NCBI GenBank assembly: GCA_010405405.1
Contig: MU004232.1
Span: forward strand, 2,437,481 to 2,501,480
From: Microthyrium microscopicum
Lineage: Eukaryota
DNA length: 64,000 bases
Direction of reading: 5' to 3'
The translations under genes were made by a program, and so were the position numbers. Numbering within the stretch: position 1 is the first letter of the stretch; every line of letters starts with the position of its first letter. Of this stretch, positions 11,999 to 27,000 are shown piece by piece. The notes below the pieces were generated by a model. That model was not told the origin of the DNA and searched no databases. It saw only the letters and a program-made list of their open reading frames with translations.

Positions 11999-12733
11999 AT
12001 CGCTGATGATCTCGAGTCGTGATGACTGACTGCCGAGACACGAACGTAGAAATCAAGGGAGAGAAGTGAGGGTCTAGTTATCTAGAAAATCACCCAAGGC
12101 ACAATAGTTGTTTGTAGTATATAAAATGCTAGTCTATCACAATATTTGTTGCTTCCAGCTCTCCAAGCAGGTACAACCGAAGGTGCTACTTCCAAATCTT
12201 GTCGATAAAGTGAACAATGTGAAACGTGATAGGTCAATCAGCAATTGCGTAAAACACGTGCCTCGATCTCAGTAGAGTGTTGGTTGACTGTGGTCTTGAA
12301 CTCGGCGTGAAATTTGGATTTGAGTTCAATGTGGAAAGGGGAGGAAAGAACTTTCAAGAAGATTGGGGGAGCGACCTGTTTATGTACGACTCCGCAACGA
12401 CCGAGGCTGAGCAACGTGGGGGCTAAAAGATTGGCACTAGCATTCGAATCTTGTGTTCCATTGGCTACTGAGAGCTAGGTTGCGCTAAAAATAGACCACA
12501 TTGAAAGTCTTGAATCTTGATGCATTCTACCAGCAATAAAACATCGTGGAAGACGAGAATTACTATGCATCAAATAGTTGACGGCTGTTGTAACTAACAC
12601 AGTCTATTTGCAACAAAGTGTGAGCACTCCCACAAAATTGAAACATTTGGCATGCCTGAGGTAGTTGTTATTGAAGCAACATTCCCCAGCTAAGATAATC
12701 TTGTTCAGCGTATGATACAGATACAGCTCTTCA

Positions 12734-14021
12734 CTAAAGAACACTCGGACTGCTCCAAGGATTTCCTTCATCCCAAGGTACCCAGTCCTGGCTGGCAGCG
12801 GACGGCATGCATTGAACTAACTCTGGAGGATCCTGCTTCCAGTCGATCCGTTTATCGTCAGAGTTAACATCTTTCGTCCACTTGGACGTATACCCTTTCA
12901 GCTCTTTAATCTTCTTCGCCTGCTCATCGCTATACTCAAGGTTAATACTGGGTACAACCGCAATCTTCCCAAAGCCATAGTGCCACATGTCCTTGCAGAA
13001 TAACTTGGGCTCTCCCTGGAAGCACTCCTCTTCGCTATGATGTCGAAATCGAATCTTCTCCTCTAGGACTGGCTGTGCAGTGAAAGCAACACCGCCATTC
13101 CAGCAGGAGAAGACCTGGAAGGGTTGGTGCTTTGAAAGCTTGGACTTTGCAGGTTCGTCGTTCCAGAACAAATCCCAAGCGAGATTGTAGTCTCCATCTT
13201 CGGGAGCATTGAAGAAGGTATCTCCAGTTATTCCACGAGCAATCCAAATGTCATAAAAAGTGGGATCTGGACCGACATACGTCCAGTCCATTGGACATGT
13301 CATGTCTGCCCCCTGAAATACTCGTTGGTGAATGAGTTCTAGGATATCCTCGGCGCAGATTGCAACATCATTCAGGAACACGACAGTCGTGTCAGAAGAG
13401 AATCGCTGTTTGTGGGCCATGAGCGGTTCAAGTGCCATATTTCTTAGTGTAGCCAGAGTACCAATGCGGTCCCCGTGTGGGTCCAGATTACTTCTCTGCA
13501 AGAAATACTCAATACCCATGTTTTGAAGCTCATCTCCTAAAAGAAACAGTATCTCGAATGTGCCATCGGTTGAGCGACCCTCTACAATAGAAACTGCGCA
13601 GTTGCTGGGCCCGAGGAATATTATGGCTTCGACAACAGACCCGATCAGTCTTGGTAGGATATGCGCAGCCTCGTAAAGATCCAGAGCGAAGAAGTATTTG
13701 AGCTTTCCATCAACACTATGATTATCGGACGCCAGGTATGAGTATCGGTTCGCGTTTCCTAGACTACAGTCCAAGCGTGGAAACTGGGTGTCTTCGGGGT
13801 TCAAGATCGCTTCGATATAGGGGGGAGCAGCTGCAAGGAGCGTCGCACTTCTAGTCGATCTTCGCTCATGACCAACTATACGTTTCAGTTAGCTATGTAT
13901 TCAAGAGTGTCATTCATCTGGGTAGAAACTCACAATGATTCTGAAGGAGGAATACCCCTACGAATAGTAGCGAGACGGCTGCGGCAAGCGATCGCGATCT
14001 CCGATGGAGAGTTCGTGGCAT
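12734..14021 (-). CDS. CAP59/CMT1-like alpha-1,3-mannosyltransferase (GT69), type II membrane protein; exons 14021-13934 and 13875-12734
   Basis: Motifs KYFFALDL, SIVEGRSTDGT, LRNMALEPL, FLNDV, FYDIWIAR, PFQVFSCWNG and FCKDMW; N-terminal anchor MPRTLHRRSRSLAAAVSLLFVGVFLL. Confidence 0.88.
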
Positions 14022-15025
14022 CGGAATCCAGAGGTGCTGAGGTCACCATTTCGGCAAAGCAGTTGGTGACTGATTGAATAATGATTGCACGGTTATGCTC
14101 TCATTCAGAATCAGAAGTGTAGAAATGAAGGGGCATCATGTCTCTTTAATGGCGGAAGGACCCACCCGTAGGCTAGCCTCGCTACGCCACTAACTCCGAT
14201 AGTCAGTGTGAGTATGCGAGTTTGAGCTGCCAGATAGTCAAGGAAAGCTGGAATTCCAAGATAATTTTAAGGTCAGGTCCAGAGTCGCAGTCGTTGGCGA
14301 CCACTTTATGTGACCATCACGTTCAAATTCTATTGTTCCAGGCCCAAAAGGATATAATCCTCGAACTGAACATACTAAGTGTTCTTTCTTGCTAGAATTA
14401 AGACCAGGTTAGTTCCAACTTAGTGATGCGATCAGTCCATGATCAAACGAGCAGCTTGTCGACAAAATGAAGGCTTCATTCATGATTCAGTGCAATGGAA
14501 CTGTTCATAGGAGGGGAGCGCACCAGTCATTTTGGTAACAGCCATGAAGCCATTGGCTTTGCGTTGACTTTGTATAGTCAGCCGTGGTAGAGTATGATTG
14601 CAGATACTTTTGAGTATCAATCTTGTGAATGCTCTTCACAATTAAGTGGTAGTACAGACAATTCAGAATGATTGGTACGGTTGAAGGTCGCATAGACCAG
14701 TCGCGTGGTAATTGGAGGTGGTTTGCTAAAAGCAGGGGCAGAGCCCTAAGCAAGAAAGAGCTAACCGCTTTAACGCAAGCGCGCCACGCTATCAAGCCAT
14801 CAACGCGCTCCCCATTCATAGACAGTTAGGAGACTCGAACAGGCACTACTTTTGACATCTTTCTTCCTCCACACTCTTGCGCACCACCAATTAATTCTCC
14901 GCCCATCCTATCTCCAGATCACGATAGCGATTCTCTCCATTTGATACCCCTCATAATCCTTCCACTCCTTCTTTCCATGCTATTCGCGAGCCCTGATGAA
15001 CTGTCCTCTGATATCATAAGTCATC

Positions 15026-18000
15026 ATGGCTGGCCAACTCGCCGTCGGTGAGGTCAACGGGAATGGAGTCTCGACACAAATAGCGCAGGACATTGACCCT
15101 CAAATACTCATCGATCATCTCGCTCTTCTGCTACAAGTCACACTCGGCGCGACGTCGGAAGAGCTTCAACATACAGACAGCCTCCTTGGTTCGTCACGTC
15201 GAGAAGATACCCTGAAAGCCTGCGCTCGGTTCGCTCAAGAGGCCAAGGCTACCTCCATTTACATACAGAAGCTTCGGAGGAGCTCTTCAATATCAGATGA
15301 GGAGGACGAGGCAGAAGGTAGATTGTACTACTAAAATATTTCTAGTTATCACTGACCCCTGATTTGTAGATGTCTTTTCCTACCAATTACATGCTGAACA
15401 ATCATACGAGTATTCCAATGACTGCGTTGGATGCATCGCCGTTATGAAACCCGCCCAACCGATCGATACCACTCGAAAGATCACCTCCCAAGTCCGCGTA
15501 GTAGAATTGCCAGTCTCCTCGGATGACTCTTCTGCCTCTCGGTTTGAGGGTTTCTATAATTTGCTAAACTATGGTTTAATACCATCCTTTAATGCTTACG
15601 TCAAAAACAAAGATCAAGATGGCCCAGTGCGTGGCAAAGGGGAGGAGTCTCGAGGTAGTGGTGTTACAGGAGCCAAGAAAAAGATGGCCGAACTTGCGCT
15701 CAATTTACAACAGCTCCGAGACAATGAGGATATACCTGTACCAGTCTTTCATTTCAACCACGAGATTCAGCGCGTATTGGACCTAGCGAAAGCTCAGCGG
15801 ATACCACCTTCAATCGATCTCCTGGACGAATCTCTCATTAGCGACAGCGCGTTCATCCTGGATTTGCAGCGGACAGTAAATCATTGGATCCGAGAAATAC
15901 AGGCTACTACGGACTCTGCAAAGCGCGAGCCTACCTGGACAAGCGCCACCCAGGAAAAGAACTTTTGGTTGCGCATGGAGTCTGTGTTAGAAGACATTGA
16001 ACAGTCGTTATCTTCAGAAGGCGTCTCACTTACTCTAGACGTTCTCCGGAAGGCAAAGAGATTTACTGCAACTGTCAGTTTCCAAAATGATACCGACCTC
16101 AAGAAGACAGCCGAGATGGTCAGCAACTACAATATACTCATGCGAGATTTCCCACTGGACGAACTAAAATCCGCTCCATCACTCGAAAAAGTTCAGGAAG
16201 CTCTAGGCGATATTTTCTCTCATCTGAACAAGAAAATACGGCTGTGCAATTATCCCATACGGCGAGCATTAGCTCTAGTAGAAGCGATATCTGGGGATTT
16301 TGATCTTCAAATGCACACTCGTCTCAACGGCAAACAGCTTATGCACTACGACTATGCCACCTTTGTGAAAGTCATGAGAGAGGCTGAGGAATGTTTCATA
16401 GCCTGGGAGAGTCATCTCAAGGACTTTACCAACGCGGCTCGAGATACTTCACGAAAGCGGAATGAAAAGTTTATCCCTATCAAGGTCACCCCACGACACA
16501 CTACCACTCAATTGCGCCTTGAGTACATTCATCGCTTTCGGCGCAACCACGAGCAACTGCATCAGACCATTCTGAACGCAATCACTCCCTCGAAATTTTC
16601 GAATGGCGAGAGCGAGTCTATTGGAGTCATCTTGTCGGGTGATTTTGAAGATGCCGACCCTGTGGAAGAAGTCTCAGAAGCTTACGCTGCCCTCAAAGGT
16701 GTCGACGTACTGGATATATCTGAAGAAGGAACCACTTTGTGGACTAATGCCGAGACTACCTATAACGATCGCACTTCTCGTGTCGAAAATTCGATCATCC
16801 GTCAGCTCAGAGACCTCCTAGGGAAAGCGAAGAATGCCAATGAAATGTTTCGGGTCTTTTCGAAATTCAATGCCCTCTTTGTGCGGCCAAAAATTCGAAG
16901 CGCTGTGTCAGAGTACCAGAGTCAACTCATTGAAAATGTCAAGCGGGATATACAAGCTCTACACGACCGCTTCAAGGAGAAATACGGCTTTTCTGAGGCC
17001 TATGTCATGTCTCAGCTGCATGATATACCTCCAATAGCCGGTTCCATCATTTGGGCCCGACAGATCGAGCGACATCTTGACAATTACATGCGCAAAGTGG
17101 AAGATATTCTTGGTCCTGACTGGCACATGCATACTGCGGGAGAAAAGCTCCAGACCGAGAGCAACTCTTTCCGCAAAAAGCTAGAGACGAAAAAGATCTT
17201 TGACACATGGTATCGAGGAGTAATGCAGAAGAACACCACTATCAGCGGTCGTCTATTCAACATACACAAAGCTCGTGCCGCCGGCAATTCTTTCCAACTT
17301 ACGGTCAACTTTGATGGCGAGATTATATCCCTTTTCAAAGAAGTCCGACATATGAGTTGGCTACGTTTCCAGATCCCGAATGCTCTGAAAAATATTGCTA
17401 AAGAGGCCAAGAACGTCTATCCTTTTGCTGTCAGCCTAATGGAAACCGTTCATCAATTCACACAGACGACGCAGACAATTTCAGCAATGTCTGATGTGGC
17501 ACTCCTCTTGAATGTATTTCAAAACTCGGCATATTCCATGATCGCCAAAGGCATGTTCTTGAAATGGGAATCATTCGTTGATGTCTACGATCTACACACT
17601 CGAGTAACAAGCACAGGTACCGGTCGTCCAGAAGCGGGAAGCAAACACGTCCAATTCGTTCGCGACTTCGGAAGCGCTGTATCAGTGCTGCAGCGAAAAA
17701 CTGCTCTACTGGAAGAGATCAACTCAAGAATACAGATGCAGTTGAAGAACCTGGAATCTTGCCCTTACACTGCCCATCACTTCAAGAGTAGTATTGATGC
17801 TATTCAGAAGGACGTAGATATGCTCGAGTTGGAGAATTATTCTAATCGACAGCTCTGGGTGGATGGTTTGAATGATCGCATTGAAGCTACGCTTGCAAAT
17901 CGACTCAAGCAAGCCATCAGTGAATGGATCGAGGTATTTGATAGTACGGCCATGCCAATCGAGGAGGAAAGCAACCGGCCGCGCCGCGAAAGTGATCCAA

Positions 18001-21000
18001 ACTCGGGGCACCTGGAGTTTAAGCAGCTCACCCACGAGATCTCCATTCGCAATCAGACATTGTATCTCAAGCCGCCACTCGAGATGGCCCGGTCAACGTG
18101 GTTACAACAACTTCAATCTTGGATCGGAATTGTTGGGACGCTACAAAAGGTCAAAGGTAACCGGTATGACATGACTTTGGCACACCACATTAAAGAAGCG
18201 GTACCTACATTCTCATACCTTCCGGATCAGTGCGCATTATCGCTGGCCACCGCACATGATGCTATCAGCAAAAAGATCTCGGAGGTTTCGCAATACGTTG
18301 CCACATGGCTTCAATTCCAGTCGCTATGGGATCTTCGCCGAGAACAGCTTTTTGATGAGATACAAGAAGATCTTGCTAGGTGGCTACAACTTCTACAAGA
18401 AATTGTTCAAGCTCGAAGCACCTTTGACACTTCGGAAAAGAGTCAATCATTTGGCAATATCACCGTGAAATATGATCAAGTTCAAGTCAAGGTCAATGCG
18501 CAGTATGATCAATGGCAGCATGACATTGTGGCCCGATTTGCTACGCTCATTTCCGGACGCAAGAATATCGTGTTCACTGAAATCCAACAAGCTCGTAAAG
18601 AGCTCGAAAGCCAACGTCTGGAAGCGTCATCAACACAGCAAGCCGTCACATTCATCACTGTTTGCCAGAAATACAAGCGTATGGTCAAGGCCTGGGAAGA
18701 GGAAGTTGGTCTTTTCCGCCTAGGAGAGACTTCTTTGATGCGTCAACGCTTCCAGACTCCAAAGGGATGGCTCAGCATGTCTCAAATCGATGATCAGTGG
18801 TCGGCCTTCCAGCAAATCCTTAATCGACAAAGCAAGATTGTGCAAGACCAAAGCGACGCTCTTCGTGCGAAGATCGAAGCCGAGGACCAGGTTGTCAACC
18901 AGAAAATTGCCGATATCAATGTACAATGGTCGGAAGAGAAACCCGTTTCTGGTAACATGGCTCCCGCAAAAGCTGAAGAAGTACTCCAGTCATTCGAAAC
19001 TCGACTTGCCAAGCTACGAGACGAGGCTGAGGGCGTGTCCAAGGCTAAAGAGGCTCTTGATCTGGCGCCCAGCGCAGAGAACATGCTTCCTGCACTGCTA
19101 GAAGAGGTCCAAGATTTCCGTTCTGTATGGGCTAGTCTTAACACTATCTGGCTCAGTCTCAATGAGCTTCGAGAGCAACAGTTCTCCAGTGTTAATGCTC
19201 GAAAAGTAAAGGGAAAACTCAACGAGCTTGTCAAGATGATGAAGGATATGCCTTCACGTATGCGCCAGTATGCTGCTTTCACGTTCATGCAGGACAAATT
19301 GCGCAACCTCCTAAAGGCCAACTCCACGCTTTCAGACCTACGATCAGAGGCAATGCGCGACCGTCATTGGGCCAAGATCTTCAAAAGCCTAGGCCCATCA
19401 AAACGGTTCTCATCCTCAATGACACTTGGTGATGTATGGGATCTCAACCTTGTCGCAAGTGAAGTTGTCATTCGCGACGTGTTTACTCAAGCTCAAGGGG
19501 AAATGGGCCTCGAAGAGTTTCTTCGACAAGTCAAGGAAACCTGGCAAAACTATATGCTCGATCTGGTCAACTATCAAAACAAGTGTCGACTTATTCGTGG
19601 CTGGGATGACCTTTTTGCGAAGTGTAGCGAGCATCTCAATTCGCTACAGATGATGCGAAATTCGCCATACTATCGAGAGTTCCAACAAGAAGCAGTTTCA
19701 TGGGAAGATCGGTTAAACCAGGTCCATGTCTTGTTTGACGTATGGATTGACGTTCAGCGTCAATGGGTTTACCTAGAAGGCGTCTTTATGGGAAATGCCG
19801 ATATCAAATACCTGCTAAAAACGGAGACGGCGCACTTCAAGAGCATCAATCAGCGATTTTTCGAAGTCATGAAGCACGTATCGAAATCGCCATTAGTTCT
19901 GGATGTTCTGGCAATTGATGGTGTTCAAACCCGAATGGAAGAATTGGCAGCCCTTCTCACCAAGATCCAGAAAGCCCTTGGCGAATACCTCGAAAAGGAG
20001 CGGACAGCATTCCCACGTTTCTACTTTGTTGGAGACGAGGACCTACTTGAGATCATCGGCAATAGCAATGATCCACAGCGCGTTTCAAAGCATTTACGGA
20101 AGATGTTTGCTGGTATCGCAAGTCTCCTCACGACTGAGGACTCGATAATAGAAGGGTTCTTCTCGAAAGAGGGCGAGAGAATATTCCTGAATAAAGAGAT
20201 ATCTCTTGCCAAAACCCCCAAGGTCAACGAATGGCTCGGTCTTCTCGAAAGCAGCATGAAAACTACCCTGGCTAGCCTACTCTTCGATGCTGTTGGCGAA
20301 TACACTCAAATCATCAATGCTCAAACCCTTGACCGCGATGTATTTCAGAAGTTTGTCGATGACTTTCCTGCTCAGATTGTTGTTCTTGCTTCTCAAGTAT
20401 GCTGGACAACAGCTACTGAAGCAGCTCTACAATCCGGCAGCAGCGCGCTCGATGGATTATACGAGCGCCTTGTTGGACTCTTGCAAGTACTCGCAAGCGC
20501 CGTCCTGGGCGACTTGACGGTCTTGCAGCGCAAGAAATGTGAGCATCTGATCACTGAATTCGTTCACCAACGCGACGTTGTCGACAAGCTTCGAAAGGCT
20601 GGCGCAGATCCACATCATTACCTCTGGCTAACCCAAATGCGATATGTTTACCAACCTGAGGCTGAGCCCCTTGATAGATTACATGTCAAGATGGCCAACG
20701 CAAGCATTGTCTATGGATATGAATACCTAGGAGTACCTGATCGACTCGTCCGGACACCATTGACAGACCGTTGTTTCCTCACCCTTACTCAAGCTCTTAG
20801 TCAACGGTTGGGTGGTTCGCCATATGGTCCGGCTGGTACTGGCAAGACTGAATCTGTCAAAGCTCTAGGTCTTCAGCTAGGTCGCTTCACCCTAGTATTC
20901 TGTTGCGACGACACTTTTGATTTCCAAGCCATGGGTCGCATCTTCCTCGGTATCTGCAAGGTGGGTGCTTGGGGATGTTTCGATGAATTCAATCGATTGG

Positions 21001-24000
21001 AAGAACGCATTTTGTCAGCTGTTTCGCAGCAAATCCAGAATATCCAGCAAGGTCTACGCCGTGCAGTTACCAATGGCAATTCCGAAATCGAACTCATCGG
21101 TCGCAATCTCCAAGTCCATGGAAATACTGGTATCTTCATCACCATGAATCCCGGATATGCTGGACGTTCCAACTTGCCAGACAACTTGAAGAAGCTCTTC
21201 CGAAGCGTTGCCATGTCCAAGCCAGACAAGGAGCTGATCGCCGAAGTCATGCTGTACTCCCAAGGTTTCTCATGCGCCAAGGATCTATCTCGACAGATCG
21301 TCCCATTCTTCGACCGCTGCGCAGGCCGTCTGTCAAACCAATCACATTACGACTTCGGTCTTCGTGCACTGAAGAGCGTTCTAGTCAGCTCTGGTGGCCT
21401 AAAACGAGATAGACTTGCCACTGAGCAAGATGATAGTGTTCAAGATACAGTTGTCGAGCCTCAAATCATCGTTCAGAGCATTAGAGAAACACTAGCTCCT
21501 AAGCTTATTCGCTCAGATGTGGAGATCATGATTGATGTCGAGTATGAATCTTTCCCAGGAGTTGAATACATCCCAGCGCCTTTGGAGGATCTTCAGAATG
21601 CTATCAAACAAGAAGCTGCCGAGGCAAAACTTGTACCAACAGACTCTTGGATGACCAAAGTTATTCAGCTTTACCAGATTCAGCGCCTCCATCATGGTGT
21701 CATGATGGTTGGTTCATCTGGCTCGGGCAAGTCAACTGCTTGGCGCATTCTCCTCAAAGCTCTGCAACGAGTAGATGGCATTGAAGGAGTTTGCCATGTC
21801 ATTGATCCCAAGGTCATGTCCAAAGAGCATCTCTACGGCACTCTTGATCCTACCACTCGCGAATGGACCGATGGTCTATTTACCAGCATTCTCCGAAAGA
21901 TCATCGATAATCTGCGTGGTGAAGACTCCAAGCGTCATTGGATTGTGTTTGATGGTGATGTCGATCCCGTCTGGGTCGAAAACTTGAACAGTGTTCTGGA
22001 TGACAACAAGATGCTCACATTACCAAATGGTGAGCGATTAAATTTACCGTCAAATGTCCGCATCATGTTCGAAGTCGAGACATTGAAATATGCCACACTT
22101 GCTACTGTCAGTCGATGCGGTATGGTTTGGTTTAGCAGTGATGTTGTTGACCCTCGAATGATCGTCGCCAATTTCATATCAAATCTCTCCGAGGTACCCT
22201 TCGATGATATTGAAGATAGCTCTGTTGCGTCAGGTCAGCTAGCCCAGAAGCTTCTTGCGACTCAAAAGCAAACCGCAGACTACCTCCAAGCGCAATTCGC
22301 AGACGACAACTTCATCCAAAAGGCGCTCGAGGAAGCTCGCGGATACCGACACATCATGGAATTCACCGACATCCGTGCACTTAACACGCTTTTCTCCCTT
22401 CTCAACAAGGCGTGTCGCAATATTCTGGAGTACAACGCACAACATTCCGACTTCACACTAGAGGACGAGCAAATCCGCACCTATATCTCCAAGAAGCTCC
22501 TTCTCTCTCTCATTTGGTCGCTCACTGGAGATTGTCCATTGGCAGACCGTAAGGCTTTTGGTGACTCAATAGCTGGATCTGCTGCCATCGATCTTCCTAC
22601 CATTGGTGCCGATAACTCCATCATTGATTACGATGTTGTACTTCCACGTTCTGAATGGGAGCCATGGCAGAACCAAGTTACAGGCATTGAAGTCGATACA
22701 CACTCCGTCACTGATGCGGATGTTGTCATCCCAACTCTTGACACTGTTCGTCATGAAGACATTCTCTACTCGTGGCTCGCAGAGCATAAGCCACTCATCC
22801 TATGTGGTCCGCCCGGTTCTGGTAAAACAATGACGCTATTCAATGCCCTCAAGAAACTTGAGCAAATGGAAGTCATCGGTCTCAATTTCTCAAGTGCCAC
22901 AACACCCGATCTTCTCATCAAAACATTAGAGCAATACTGCGGATATCGAAAGACTCCAAACGGTGTCATGATGACCCCTACTCAAGTCGGTCGCTGGCTA
23001 GTCATCTTCTGTGACGAGATCAACCTTCCAGCACCAGATGACTATGGCACGCCACGAGCCATCTCTTTCTTACGTCAATTAGTAGAACAGAACGGCTTTT
23101 GGCGAACATCAGATCGCACCTGGGTCACACTCGATCGGATCCAGTTCGTTGGTGCTTGCAATCCTCCTACAGATCCTGGACGTACGCCACTTGGTCTTCG
23201 CTTCCTGCGCCATGCTCCAGTCATCATGGTCGATTATCCAGGAGAGCAATCACTTCATCAAATATACGGCACTTTTACCTCAGCTGTGCTCAAAATAGTG
23301 CCTTCTCTTCGTGGATATGCGGAGCTACTCACAAAAGCCATGGTTCAAGTCTTTTCGGAATCCCAGAAACGCTTCACTCCCGACATTCAGCCACATTATA
23401 TCTATTCGCCCCGTGAACTTACTCGCTGGGTGCGTGGTATCTACGAGGCTATTCGACCGCTCGACACTCTCAGCCTCGAAGGCCTCATCCGCATCTGGGC
23501 TCACGAAGCATTGCGCTTGTTCCAAGATCGTCTCATCGATGAAGATGAGCGAAAGTGGACCGAGTCAGCTATTACTCGCATCGCACTTGAATACTTCCCA
23601 ACATTGGACCAAGAAAAAGCACTCGCCGCACCAATTCTGTTCTCTAGCTGGGATTCGAAGAATTATGTGCCCATCGAGCGTGAGAAGCTACGAGAAATTG
23701 TAAATGAACGTCTCAAGACTTTCTGCGAGGAAGAAGTGGACGTCAAGCTTATTCCATTCAATGATCTCCTGGAACATGTTCTCCGCATCGACCGTGTTTT
23801 CCGCCAATCGCAAGGTCACTTGATACTCATTGGTGTAAGCGGAAGTGGCAAGACAACTCTTTCTCGCTTCGTTGCTTGGATGAATGGTCTCTCGGTGTAC
23901 CAGATCAAACTCCACGGCAAGTACTCGGCTGAAGACTTTGATGACGATCTTCGCGCAGTGTTACGCCGATGTGGATGTCAGGGCGAAAAGATTTGCTTCA

Positions 24001-27000
24001 TTATGGATGAGTCAAACGTTTTGGACTCTGGATTCCTTGAGCGCATGAATACACTCCTTGCTAATGCGGAAATTCCTGGTCTGTTCGAAGGCGATGAGTT
24101 TACTGCTCTCATGACCCAATGTCGTGAAGGCGCCCAGCGTGAAGGTGACAAGGGACATATGCTCGACTCAAATGAAGAGCTCTACAAGTGGTTCAAGTCC
24201 CAGATTGCCAAGAATTTGCATGTGGTTTTCACGATGAATCCACCGCAGGAAGGACTGTCCTCAAAAGCTGCTACTAGTCCCGCCTTATTCAATCGTTGTG
24301 TACTCAACTGGTTCGGCGACTGGTCCGATCAGGCACTGTTCCAGGTCGGGTCCGAACTTACTCAATCCATCGATCTGGATCGTTCCAACTACCAAGCTCC
24401 AAACTCATTGGAAGTTGCATACCGCGAACTTTCTCTACCACCAAGTCATCGAGAAGCAGTTGTCAATGCCATGGTTCATATACACTACTCACTCCATGGT
24501 ACCAATGAGAGTTTGCTTCAACAACAGAACAAGGTTGCCTATTTGACGCCTCGACATTTCCTCGACTTTGTTGATCAATTCGCCAAGCTACACTCAGAGA
24601 AGCGGGAGGATCTCGAGGAGCAGCAGCGTCACATTAACGTTGGTCTCGATAAGCTTCGTGATACCAAAGAAAAGGTAGAAGATCTGAACGCTGAACTCGC
24701 TGAGAAGCGGACACAACTTAAGAAAAAGGGTCGGGAGGCTGAAGAAAAACTTACCACCATCATCTCCGACGAGAAGACAGCAGAGAAAGAGAAACGGGGT
24801 TCTGAGGAGGTCCAAATAGCTTTGCAAAAGCAACAGAGAGAAGTCGCAGAACGAGAAGCAGTTGTCAGGGAAGATTTGGCGAAAGCAGAGCCAGCGGTCG
24901 CCGAGGCCAAACGGAGCGTCGGCAATATCAAAAAGGCGCAACTACAAGAAATTCGAGGAATGACTCGGCCACCGATGGGTGTCAAGTTGACTGTTGAATC
25001 AGTGTGCATGATACTTGGCCACAAACAAACTGACTGGAACACCTTGATGACAATTATGCGCCGAGATGACTTTATTGCCAGTATTGTCAACTACGACAAT
25101 GATTCGCAAATGACCAAATCTCTGAGAAGCAAGATGCGGCACGATTATTTGTCAAAGGAGGAGTTCACGTTTGAGCGCGCAAGCCGTGCCTCCAAGGCCT
25201 GTGGACCTCTTGTTCAATGGGTGACAGCACAAGTCGAATATGGCGATATCAAGGATCGGGTTGCACCACTCCAAGAGGAGCTGAAAGTTCTTCAGGAGAA
25301 AATGCTTAATACCAGGTCTCATGCTCAAGCAATTGACCAAGAAATACAACGCTTGGAAGACAGTATTGGACGATTCAAGGGCGACTATGCTGCACTCATC
25401 AGCGAAGTAGAAGCGATCAAAGCGGAAATGAAGCGAGTCGAATCCAAAGTCGAGCGCAGCGAGCGTCTTCTGGCAAGTTTGGGGTCCGAAGAGGATCGAT
25501 GGAAGAGCAGCAGCCAATCTTTTGACTCGCAAATCGACACACTCGTCGGCGATGTTTTGGTGTCTGCTGCTTTAATGGCATATGGCGGTTTCTATGATCA
25601 ACAGTACCGCAAGGCCATGACCGATGATTGGTATAAGCACCTGAGCTCTTCTGGCATCCGCATCAAGGATCACAATCCAGTCACAGAATATCTCTCAACT
25701 GCAGATGAACGCTTGGCTTGGCAACAACATTCTCTTCCAGTGGATGACTTGTGCACTGAAAACGCTATCATGCTCAAGCGCTTCAATCGTTATCCCCTCA
25801 TTATCGATCCTTCTGGCCGGGTCACGGAGTTCTTGCAGCAGGAGTACAAGCACCGCAAGCTTACCGTCACAAGTTTCCTCGACAATTCTTTCACTAAGCA
25901 ACTGGAAACTTCCTTGCGCTTCGGCAACCCAATCCTTATCCAAGATGCTGAACATTTGGATCCAATTCTGACACACATTCTCAACAAAGAATACCAAAAG
26001 ACAGGTGGTCGAGTTCTTATCAACGTTGGCAAGCAAGAAGTTGATTTCTCTCCTTCATTCAAGCTGTTCTTGTCAACTCGCGACCCATCGGCTTCGTTCG
26101 CTCCAGATATTTGCTCACGCACAACTCTTGTCAATTTCACTGTCACTAAGAGCAGTTTGCAAACTCAATGTTTGAATGAAGTCCTCAAATCAGAACGTCC
26201 AGACGTTGATGAGCGACGGTCAAATGTCATCAAGATGCAAGGAGAATTTAAACTCAAGCTCCGAAATCTCGAGAAACTGCTCCTCCAGGCGCTCAACGAG
26301 TCCCAAGGCAACATTCTTGATGATGACAAGGTTCTGAAGACCCTCGAAGATCTCAAGAAAGAAGCTGGTGTTATCACAGAAAAGGCCAAGGAAACTGAAG
26401 GTGTCTGGTCCGAAGTCGAAAGCATTACTTCACAGTACAGTGTCATTGCTGGCGTATGTGCTGCGACTTTTGCAACTTTGGAACAACTGCATCGCATGAA
26501 CCATTTCTACCAATTCTCTCTCCAGTACTTTATGGATATCTTCCAGGATGTTCTCAAACAAGTCAAAAAGTCGAGCGAGTCAAACAACAATGCCCGTATT
26601 GAGTTTATTATTCGAGAGCTTTTCATCAACACATACCGACGGACTTCACTAGCCATGGTTCAAAAAGATCGTGTCGCATTAGCAATGTTACTCGCTCAAG
26701 CTACCCCTGAGACCGGATCCTTTAAGATGGAGAAGGGTCTCATCGATATGTGCTTGAGAGAAGACCTTGAAGGACGCGATGTCTCTACAGACACTTCACG
26801 CCAGAACGAAGCAATGGCCCAAGCTAGCCAGCTGCAAATTTTCAAGGACTATATCAGCTCAGTCAATCAGTCTTCTTGGGACAGCTTCTTCACCGAAGAG
26901 CTCGCAGAAGACCACGTCCCCAAAGCTTGGCCTAGTGAAACATCGACCCTTGATCAGCATCTTCGATCTCTCATCCTTGTCAAACTTTTCCGTGTGGATC

